From Orbicella franksi (taxonomy: Eukaryota): DNA of 64,000 nt. The notes below the pieces were generated by a model. That model was given only the letters and a program-made list of their open reading frames with translations. It was not told the DNA's origin and searched no databases. A program made the position numbers and the translations under genes. Positions 1-10,368 of this stretch are shown in pieces (the first letter of the stretch is position 1; every line of letters starts with the position of its first letter). The DNA lies in the NCBI GenBank assembly GCA_964199315.1, contig OZ116712.1, positions 20,646,001 through 20,710,000 on the forward strand. The letters run 5' to 3'.

Positions 1-1202
1 CATTTAAATGGCTTTTCATCTGAATGAGAACTTTCATGCCTCTTCAAACTGGACAACCGGGAAAACACTTTTTTGCATTGAACACACTCAAAAGGTTTCT
101 CGTTGCTGTGGGTTTTAATATGCCGACTAAGACTTGATGGCCCTGAAAAGGATTTGTTGCACTGAAGACATTTAAACTGCTTGTCACCTGTGGAGTCTTT
201 CTTGGATGAACTGTTGTCATGAACAGTCTTCAACAAGGATGTGCTATCACCTGGAACAAGTATGCCCGCATCTTCAGCCATCATCACGGTCTCAACTTCA
301 ATTGCTGACACATTTTCAGATTCACAGGGTGTCCTTTCAATGCTAATGTCAGGACTAGCTGACAAAATCAACAGCTGCAGCTGGTCAGGATTGACCGTAT
401 CCATGGGCTGAATTTGAAACTTCTGTAGATCTAAGATTACTTCATTCCTAAAGGACAAACAAATTAAAGACACAAAACAAAACAGTGAATAAAAGAGATG
501 TTTTTGCACCCTACTGCCTGAAATAACAAGCATGTACAGCTGAAGAATGAAGCAGTTACATGTACTAACAGCAGTGTTCCTGTACTGCTGTGCACTGCCA
601 TGATCACAAAACGTTTCTTGCAATTACATGTACAGGGTGTGTGCTACAAAATACATCGTTTTGAGAGCTTTGTCGAAATCCAATTAAATCGCCTAAGCAA
701 ATTCAACCTCTCTATAGTCAGCCTTGCAGTCTACAGGATACTAAAGGGCTATAAATTTAATTCTCCTAAGACTGTTAACCGCTATGTAAACCACAATTTT
801 ATTTTTCAGAACTATAAGAAATGCACATAGATCGGTGAAGGAAGAAAAAACGAACAAACCAAATAACATTAAAACCGATCTTACTGCTGATGATCTGGAC
901 TACATGAAACCAGTTGGTTCTAACATACTGCGAACTAAAAGACAGCATTAGGAGGCTGAAGCGAGTAAGCTTAGTTTTACAAATTACATGTATCGCTTGA
1001 ACTGATCAAGTTGAATTTAATCTCACTCGTACAACGAATGGTCTTTCCTTTCTCTCCCGTTTCTCTAATAGCGACCAGTTTCGCATGAAGTGAAAACCGA
1101 AGCGCTTCAGCTTACCTGCAGATAATAGAAACAAGAGATTCACAGTCTAAATAAAGCAACTTACCCTCTTTGGGCTAAAACGCCCGGATCACTGGCCGCC
1201 AT
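1..1202 (-). CDS. C2H2 zinc-finger protein, 3'-partial (runs off the window start). Exon 1 = 1165-1202, exon 2 = 1-447.
   Basis: ATG at 1202 gives MAASDPGVLAQR-G with a phase-2 GTAAG donor. The TTTAG acceptor at 447 continues in frame to ...FKCLQCNKSFSGPSSLSRHIKTHSNEKPFECVQCKKVFSRLSSLKRHESSHSDEKPFKC, i.e. tandem C2H2 fingers with S-x-EKPF linkers. Not in the supplied ORF track. Confidence 0.9.
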
Positions 1203-1437
1203 TTTCCTGTCAGACAATTTCTGTCCCAGAGTTCTTTTCAGCCTAGTACACGTAAACCGCGCGCGTCGCGTCAAAGCGCGCGTTTGGAGACACGCACGTG
1301 CCCACGATGAAATTACAAGTTTTTTGTCGGGTAGGGAGGGAAGTTTTTAACCAAACGAGCCCACCATCATACCTATCAGCGGATAAACTAGGACCCTCCA
1401 TTTTCATTTCGCTTTCATTATTTGCGTGAGAGCGATC
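1203..1437. promoter_or_regulatory. Putative bidirectional promoter between the divergent ZNF and Sel1/MYND genes
   Basis: Only ~235 bp separate the two head-to-head ATGs. The segment is locally CpG/GC-rich (GCGCGTCGCGTCAAAGCGCGCG, CACGCACGTG) and is conserved in the duplicate at ~31108-31276 plus 32421-32501. Confidence 0.6.
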
Positions 1438-4400
1438 ATGACTTTTTACCCTAAAGCTGGCGTTAATGTGGAAAAATATTACAAAGATTCGTATGGCTCA
1501 ATCGAAAATTTGATCTCTTTGGCCAAGAATGGTGATATCACTGCCCAAGCAGACCTTGGCTCAGCTTACTCTGAAGGAGTTGAGAATTTTGTGGAGAAGG
1601 ACGTGGAGAAGGCAATCGGATGGTTAAATTCCGCTGTAGATAATGGTTATGTTCTTCCTTTTATCCTCACAAGACTTGGTGCATTGCTGGATGGGAAAGG
1701 AACGCCACATTACCAGCGAAAGGCGTACGAGATGTATCACAGGGCAGCAAAGTTTGGATGCGCCCAATCACAGTTCAATTTAGCAGAAATGTATCGTTGT
1801 GGGGTTGAGGGAGTTGTAAACAAAGACATCAAAGAAGCATTTGAATGGTACAAAAGAGCCGTTAATGAGAGTGAATCTGAGGCATCTACAGATCTGGGGG
1901 GAGTTGGTCGACTTGTTGCTGGAGCAATGAAAACAACGGAGAATGCGCTTGGTGGTGGAACAAGAAAAAAGGTTTTGACACTTTTGCACAAGTATTACCT
2001 TGATGGAGATTGCCCAGAGGGCCGACCACAACCTACCAAAGCTGTTCACTATTTGACCAGAGCAGCTGAGCTGGGCGATACTGAGGCACAATTGAAGCTA
2101 GGAGAAATATATTTGAACGGAAGTTGTGAGCAAATCAAAGATGTTAAAAAGGCAAAGAGATGGCTTGGAAAAGCTGCTGCTAGTGGTGATGTCATGGCGA
2201 GTCAGGTAAGTAGCTATTACTAGGAGCTATTGTAGCTTATAGCGGTTGTTTTAGTGCTACTGTAGGCTTATTTCCAGTTAGCAATGGTTTAATTGTGAAA
2301 CCAAAGCCAAAATTATTCAGGGCTACAGCAGCTTGGTCATTGTTAACTGAACAATGTGACTGAAAGTTGCTCTCTGCCTCGTTCACCCTGGAAGTAAAAT
2401 ACCATGATTACAAGGAGGTTCAACAAACTTTGAAAAAGCAAACATCAGTCTTTTCTCCATGAATGTTGCCGCACGTTGCTTGATCAGTGTTGTCAAGTCC
2501 TAGGGTTGATTTCTTTCAGTAAACTAGATGCTCTTGTGCTTGGTTAGCAAAACACATTGCCTTGCTACTTAAAAAAAGTGTGTTAATGCTAACCGGTGGC
2601 TCTCTTTCACTTGAACTTATCCATTCCACCCAATCATTGCAATTAGTTTTCATTCCATTTGGTAGCTATTGAGTTTCATTAATCAACAATCAAATCAACT
2701 GTGTGCATAATGTCATGACATATTCCATATACATGTCCCACGTACACATATTTAACAGGGCTAACCAAATAGTAGCCTGCGTAGCAAGCGTTTCCGTGGG
2801 GTTCGGAAGCAAAGAAAGACCGAGGAATGGGATTTTCGTTGTTTTGCCTATGCCTAAAATGGGGCGAAAGCCAAAAAAAAAAGTAAGAGGGGGTGGGGGA
2901 GGGGAAGGAAGGAAACGCTTGTGGACAAACCCCTGGATTTTGAAAATCCCTATTCATCAGCGAACGGGGTTCGTGATTGGCTGAGCTAGTCCAATATTAT
3001 TGACATGTGTCGATCAAAGGTATTAACCTTCTGAGTACCAGAAAAAAGGGGAAGACGCGCTCGAAGCTTGTTTACAAAACGCTTTAACTTTTCTCGCCGA
3101 ATGAGGATTTAGTCGTGAGCTTTGACAGTACGGTAGAAAAGAAATCCTTTAGTACAATGCTGACGCTTTGGTTTTTCGAGGCCTGCACATTATTGCAGAA
3201 GCAAGTGCGACAGAAATATTTGCAGCTGTACCTTTAATTTTAACATCACTTTCTTGAATGCCACATGCGCCAAGGACAAGATAATAAACCACGGGCGGGG
3301 ACAGAAAATTCACACTACTACGTGGGAAAACCTAGTGATTTCATCTGGCTTGTTACATAGCAACATGTTTTCGTAAGTACTCTGACATTTCATTAGAAGC
3401 ATTTTTGTTGACAGCATTTAGAACCTCTGGGTACAATTCTGAATGATTTGTTTTAGGTTTAGCTGCTGCATGCCAGTTTTTGTCACACATTTGCCTTACC
3501 TCGTTGTGGGGAATTCTTACGAGGACATTTCCGGAGTTGGTTTATAAACAACTTTGACTCAGAGGCCACCTAGGGCAAGATTATCTTTATTCAGATACTG
3601 GTCAAGACTATCGTTATTTTCCCTCTCAGATGTTTGAAGCCTCTCTTGCCCAAATTCCAAAGTTTTCCGAGAAGACTTTCCGTTGTTTGTTTTGTTACAG
3701 GCGATAACACTCGAACCGATTTGCGGATCTGGCATTTCCAGCAAACGCTTCCTTACTGGAGTTGCCTTTGCAGGAGTTGACTTGCTAATTTTACCTTGTA
3801 TCGATTCCTGGAGGAATGAATACAATGATCCAAGATTTCGAATCTTGCGTGCACAAGGATTACAAACGCAACTTGAATACTTCTCATATTTTAACTTTCT
3901 GGCAGATTTGTGCTAAAACTTCACCCTTGCAGTCCTTCCTTTTTAATTTAGACGGATTAAGTAGAAATATACCGTAGGTTATAGTTTGTTTTGGTTCAAA
4001 GTTCACTTCTGCAACGGAAGGCCGATGTTTTTATTGGTTAATTTATGACAGCCGATGACAGCACGAAATCTCAGTGTGCGCACTCAGGCATGAAAGGCCA
4101 AGTGGGCGGTTTTCAAAATCCAGGGATTTCTCTGCAAGCGTTTCCTTCCTTCCTTCCCCTCCCCCTCACCCCTCTTTTACCCTCTCCATTTTTCACACTG
4201 TATTTCTTTGCTCTCGAACCCCACAGAAACGCTTGCCACACAGGCTAACCAAATAGTACATTATACAAAGCATAATACATGTATATACATTTGGCCAAGC
4301 GTTAAAAGCGGAGCTCCTGGGCCAGGTTGTTAAAGGCCCGATTATTTTGTTTTTGTAACTCTGCATCGCGGTTTTCTGTTTATATTGTTTGGCCTTGTGT

Positions 4401-6768
4401 TTTGAGTTTAAATAATCTCAAACTACACACAACATAAGCTGTGAAAAACATTTTTATACAAAAAAAATTATAATTAGGTTAAGGCTTAATCCTGGGTTAG
4501 CGTTAACCGGCTTCTGAACATCCTGGCCGTGATTATAGCAAGTTAACCTGACATGAGCCAGTGATCCAATCGAAAACCCTGCTCTTGGTCAGCTGTCAAC
4601 TTAATAAACCGTGATCTTGATGAGCTTTTAACTTGGGCCTGCGATATGGTCACATGATACTGGTCAGTGGATACCTTGATTTGACAGCTGTTAATTGATC
4701 ATAACATGGATCTCTAAACAAAAATCTAAGATGTATACAATAAACCAAGGCTGTAGAATATGTATCTTCTTGTATATTTCCTTGTGACGAATTGAATAAA
4801 TAAATTAAAATTAAAAATGTTGTGCAACATCGTCGTTTTTTGTGGGGTGCTTGTGCTGGGGCTCTATGCTGCTAGCCATGTTGACCATGTAAAAAGAGCT
4901 GCATGGTTTTTTATTTCTATGCATGTGTGTGGTTCTCTTCCTATAGTTAGGGTGTTCAGTTCTGCTTGGCGGCCCGAGCTTTACTATAAATTAACAGTAC
5001 TGCATTTTTGTTTCATGTAGCTTCTTCAGGAGTGCGGACCTGGTGATGACACAAAACACAATGCTTCAGAAGTCAGTAAGGAGGTTTTCATTCAGTCATT
5101 TAGTATCATGGGTGAGAAACTGAGGCAGAGAGCTGAAGCCAATAAACACCCATTTGCGGTTACTCAACCTGTGCCTTTTTCAGAAGAAATGTTAAGACAG
5201 TTTGATTCCTTTCCAACAGCCAGAATTTACCTTCAAGCTTACAAACTGGTGAAGGAAGGCCTTGAAGTTCTTCGTAAAAGTAACTTTACTGATGCAAGAG
5301 GAATTTCTCTTATAGCTCATGGATACTTAACTGAGAATTCTATACTACAAGCATTTCCTTTACGACAAAATGAACTGTTACCCAACATTCTCCAGCTTTG
5401 TGAGGAAAACTTGTACAAAAATCCTTGTTTTTTTGAAGGGCTTCTTTTGTCTATTGCTTTCCGTGGTTATGCATTAGCAGGCAAAGTTTCTTTGGAAAGT
5501 ATGAAAGGTGACAGCAAAACGCTTATGTGCTTTGACAACTTAATTCACTTTATTCAAAAGGCTGAACCTAACAGCCCTCCTTCAGTTGATCCCTTTGAGT
5601 TTGATAAGAATTACAGCAGCTGGCTTCATGTTTTGTATCACCACATGGCAGCAATTTACACCATTGCAGAAGCTGCCGAAAAAGCTGCTGAAGCTTTTGA
5701 AAGTTCCCTTAAGTGCTGCCCATCTTATTACGATGCTAAAAGGGGGCTTGGGTATAACTTAATGACTCTTTACAGCTCTAAAACTGTGGAATGCAATCAA
5801 GATATACCTGAAGAATTGCCATCTAATAAATCAAGACCATGGGACAGAGAAATGTCAAAATATGCTTCTTGGACCACAGAAGAATTGAGAGACACTGCGG
5901 TGAAAGTGTTGCAGGAGTACCTGGTGGAGGCACCACAGTGTGCTAAACACTACCCAAATGCTTGTTATTATCTTGCAAGGGGTGCGTTTCTTAACACAAA
6001 CATGAGTGAATTCAGAAAGTATTTTGAACTGGGCCAAGATGCAGAAGAAAAGAGACTTCCTTTCTTTCGTCCTGTTGATCTGCCTATAAAAGATATGTTG
6101 TCCCCAAGGTACCAACTGTTTGCTAATGTTAAGAAACCTGTTAGTTGTGGCAACAAGTCTTGCACCAAGAAAGTTAAGGAGAGTGACTTGAAATCCTGTG
6201 GCCGCTGTGGGAAGCAAAAATACTGCAGCAAGTAAGTAACGTTTTTTATTTTAAATTATTTCCTGTTGTACTAAGTGTAGTCTGCAGTAAAGGAATTTTT
6301 GTTGGGCGATTTTCATCGCATATCTGCCACCATCAAGGAGTTGCAAAACATGGAGGGTTGAGTATCAGAGAATGAGGGTTGGGAGGAGAAAGAATCTCTC
6401 CCTCTCCCTCCCCGACCTTGTTCCTACTCCCGAGGCCACTTTTTTCCACTCCCCGAACCTAAGATGGTGCTAGCTCGCCCACCCAAAATGTGCCTGAAGT
6501 GCATTGAAGGCTATTTAGCAAGCAAATAATAAATTGTAAGAAAGATTAAAAGTATTTCAAACGACTTTTCGATGGATCAAGCCTCATTCTCAAGACTGAT
6601 GTCGTTAATGTTAACGTTAAAGTTATTTTGCAAGTTGAGTTTGAAATGGGTTGCCTCTCTGATGATTAATAATGGTAATAGGACTGAGTGGAGTCCAATT
6701 CGGTCTGTAATCATACGAGTGATTAACAAAATCGGACGACCGCGAAGCGGGAGTCCGATTTGTTAATC

Positions 6769-6799
<31 letters not shown>

Positions 6800-8436
6800 G
6801 CGAAGCCCTGTTACCAATTAATCAAAACTATGACAAAATTCGAGAAACGAACAAACCATCGATTGAGCGCTGAACGATTTAACGTCGTTATGAATGCTGA
6901 AAAACACAGCAGTTTACACAACAACTGTCCAGTTACAAGCATGACGCGTACACTGTCCAATTAATGCTCAAATCGGGCTGCTGATAGCCAATCACTTTCG
7001 AGAATTTTGTTATAGTTTTGATTAGTACATTTAAATAATCCACGCATACGTGTACTGGAATGCAATCCATTTCAAACTCAACTCGTAAGTATCAACTCTG
7101 ACAACTAACATTAACGACCTCAGTCTTGAGAATGATACTTGATGCATCAAAATCTGGATTAACAATACTTGAATTAATCTTTGTTGTCAAATGCTTTAAC
7201 AAGCAACCCATTATTTGATCAAATAATTATACCAAATTAAGAAGCTATGCGTAAAATTAAGGAACATCAGACTGAAATGAACAAATTAAAAAATATCTTT
7301 ATTCTCAAGAGTTATCAAGCTCCAATCTGTTCATCCCAAGAATAAAGACCATTAATTATGGTTCTTAAGTATAGCTGAACTCTCTCGATGAAGAAATCGG
7401 AACTGCATCAACTTTAACAGTGCGACTACTCAAACCAGGCCACCTAGAAGAAAACCAACCAATCAAAACGTAAACCTAGAACCATGGACTGGCAGCTTCT
7501 CGTGATGGCAAGCAATAAAATTTCTTAACTCTAAGAGATTCAGTCCTTGATGGCAAATTATCATACTTATAAATTTGGCTTGAAAAATGTTGTCTGAAAA
7601 CTCATTATGGGACAAGTAAACTGAAACCGTCGAAAAGGCTACAAAATTTAGGATCGAATCTTACCAATCAACAAATGGCAAAGTTTCCTGAGACGTTTGC
7701 AACACCTTGAACTTATATTCTTAACTGCTGGGTTGGGTTTTGTCCAATTTTACAGAACAGAGTAGAGTTCCACTTTCGATCTCAGGTCCTCTTAAGAAAA
7801 AAATGCTTGAAACTGCCCATTGCAAATTACTCAATTTACTAGAAGTCTCAAAGAAAACTAATTTTTGGGTTGAGATAGCGAGATGTTTGCGATAAGAGAG
7901 TTCGAGATTAACAGTGCCACTTTTAGTCTCTTACGCTACCAATATCTGGGTCTTCAGGCAACATTTCTTCCCAAATAACAACTAGGAGACTGCAGCTTTG
8001 AAATGATTACAAAAATAATTTTAAAAAAACAGTAATACTGTTGTGTTTAAAATAGGCAAGTGTGACTATTGGCTAGTAGCAGGTACTTGAGTAATAATAG
8101 GGCGTGAGTTGGAACAGTGTGCAAGAGCGAGAAAGCACTTGCAGGTGTAGATGTGACTTTACCGTATGTTTCGCACCACTTCAAATATTCGTGCCCTACA
8201 TTATTATTCAAGTACCTGCTACACAGGCTTTTCTCACTGGTCATGTACTCCACTAGTTAAAGATGGTAGATTCCTATTGAAACTGCTTCTGTGCAAAGGG
8301 TTTAAACCATTGGCTTCTTGTATGCTTGTGTTGATCTCACTGTTTCTACAGGGGCTGTCAGACAGCAGATTGGAAAAATCACAAAGTCAGTTGCACTGCT
8401 TCAAGAGTACCAAAGGCAAAGAATGCTTGCCTATAA
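1438..8436 (+). CDS. Sel1-repeat / TPR-like / MYND zinc-finger protein, ~688 aa. Exons 1438-2205, 5021-6231, 8352-8436.
   Basis: Exon 1 has Sel1 repeats (AQSQFNLAEMYRCGVEGVVNKDIKEAFEWYKRA; AQLKLGEIYLNG...DVKKAKRWLGKAA) and ends CAG|GTAAG in phase 0. Exon 2 has TPR-like helices and the first half of a MYND finger (CGNKSC...CGRCGKQKYCS) and ends AA|GTAAGT. Exon 3, after CTACAG, completes the finger (KGCQTADWKNHKVSC...CL*). All phases match. Confidence 0.88.
2773..4247. mobile_element. Non-autonomous TIR DNA transposon with a 9-bp TSD (AcademH-like termini), in intron 1 of the Sel1/MYND gene
   Basis: Termini TAGCCTGCGTAGCAAGCGTTTCCGTGGGGTTCG ... CGAACCCCACAGAAACGCTTGCCACACAGGCTA. Direct repeat ACCAAATAG flanks it at 2764-2772 and 4248-4256. 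The superfamily call is inferred from the TAG..CTA ends plus the 9-bp TSD. Confidence 0.75.
4320..4528. mobile_element. MITE-like element
   Basis: Imperfect terminal inverted repeats GGCCAGGTTGTTAAA ... CTGAACATCCTGGCC, no coding capacity. Confidence 0.5.
6666..7026. repeat. Dispersed repeat with a long hairpin (6694-6795)
   Basis: TCCAATTCGGTCTGTAATCATACGAGTGATTAACAAAATCGGAC ... GTCCGATTTGTTAATCACGAGTATGATTACAGACCGAATTGGA forms a near-perfect foldback. Confidence 0.7.
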
Positions 8437-8900
8437 TGTTACACCGTGGTGCAGCAAGTGATCGTAAAATACAGACTTCTGCTTGCCCTGTTTCCTCTTT
8501 TATCACAAAGCCATTAATCTGGCTCACCCTGGAGGGTGTTTTTTTAATTTATTTTAAATCTCTGATTTTGAGTAGCCAAAAATAGGCTAGTATCTCTAAG
8601 AAAATTGAAATCAAAATTTTTGCAATATTGCATATTACAAAAAAGGTATCAACATGTGGCACAATTATTGCTTACAAAAATTATACTATTTGAAATAAAA
8701 CTAATATTCACTGTTTTCATACAGTTTTGTCTGTGGAAACTATTCTCCACACACCTTTCAATGGTCTACACCATTTTATGATAGTGAAACCACTCGCCTG
8801 CAGTACGTGCCTTCACTTGAAGTTTGAACATTTTATGTCTATTAAAGTGTACAGACCATGAAAAAAATGCCAATTTGTTAAACGTTATACTCAGAAGCTA

Positions 8901-10099
8901 TTACCACTCCTGATAAGGAGCCAAATAATCAAGGAAAACTGTGAGCTTCTCTCCTTGCTCAGCAAACATGGCCCAGAAAAAGGCTTTCTTGTAAATTTGT
9001 GAAGTGCTCCAAGGACGCCACATTTCATTATCACGTTGAAGATTTCTGGACTGTAGATATCTATGGTGAGGCTTTTATCATAAGCAGTTGGCAACTGCAG
9101 TGGGTGGCTATCTAGACGTTGAGTTTGAACTTTTATGATGAATTTCTGACGAGAGTTGCGTTTGAGTTTAGGTCCCTCTCCAATACCTTTTAAATGAGTG
9201 CCGAACGTTCGCATTGAGACTGTTCGTCCATCTGATTTGAAATAAGGAATAGTGTCGACTGTTACAGAATAGCGACCTTTGAGGGCAAAACATAATGTCT
9301 GATATGTGGGTCTGTGTTTACTTTGACATTCCTTACTGTAGTTAGATGCAATGTGACAATTGGAGCACATCATGAGGCGTTCTACGTCATTTCTTGAACG
9401 AGTGCAATACGTGCAGCCGCTGTAAAGTCGTGCACAAACTTCTATGGAATGATACTTGCCTTCTTCATTGTTAAATTCTTTGTTTCCATTGAGAATCGGA
9501 GGATTTGAATACAACTCGTTCTTTTCCCCTGGTGGAAGATAAAATTCAGACCGAGAATCGTACTCTCCAAACAATTGGCTATCAGTAAGAAAGATATCTT
9601 TGTTCCTTTGATATTCGAGCCAAGGGTCACTATGATCTCCAACAATGTTAGATTCCAGATAAACTCGTCCGGAAAAATTGACACTAATGAAAATGCCACT
9701 ACCTTTGTTGCCGGAAAGGACATTTCTTGCTATGTTAGCTGACGCTCGCGTTTTGGCGGGGAACCCCCAGAATCCATTCTCAAATATTTTGTTGTCGCTG
9801 ATCATGACTTGAGAATTAAAATCCAGAGAAAGACCAAAGGGTCTGCTGTGATGAATATGGTTGTTTCGTGTGAAATCGTGGTCTTGTTTTGGACAGCAAG
9901 AATACCTCTCTTGCATTTTCGAAAATCTCATTTCCATCAATACCACATTCTCCTGCATCTGGACCAATCAAGATGCCGTGAACACCACCGTCAAATATCC
10001 TGTTTTCAGACGCAGTAAATTCCTCACCATTTCTTGCTTCCAAACCACCCTGGTGGTTTCGGTACACTTCACATTTCCTCACTGATAATCGAGAGCCTT
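8901..10099 (-). pseudogene. Frameshifted 3' fragment (beta-helix, MYND, C-terminal domain) of the STAND gene family
   Basis: ORFs 9816-10082 and 8891-9967 align with the C-terminal ~400 aa of the two intact copies (CEVYRNHQGGLEAR, RPFGLSL, CTYCTR...CSNCHIAS, KFIIKVQTQ). There are several frameshifts, and the homologous GAGTGGTAA stop is at 8901-8903. Confidence 0.9.
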
Positions 10100-10368
10100 G
10101 ACGTGCATAGCAGTTACAAGTAGAGTGTTAAAAACGTACAACGCCATAAAGATTCCATCTCCAGGGATAATTTTCACCCCGTCGGTTTGTACTGCATGTG
10201 TAATGATCGAGGGGATGGACTGAGAACGTAAAATTTGAGACACTTGGTGTCTGGTATGCACCTATAAGTGTTCTTTTAGCGTAGTGTTTACGCGTACTTC
10301 TATCCTGGCGAATGCGTATTAAGAAAACCTGTATGTTGTACAACCTTATATGTCCTACATGGCAACCT

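Noticed and set aside
1105-1135. TTATCTGCAG|GTAAG inside ZNF intron 1, resembling a recursive splice site
   Set aside because: The intron is only ~0.7 kb, and the paralogous site reads CTGCAG|CAAAG, so the donor is not conserved.
7030-8000. Possible CR1/L2 LINE 3' remnants (also ~61730-62050)
   Set aside because: Only faint, stop-ridden similarity by eye; not supportable without a profile search.
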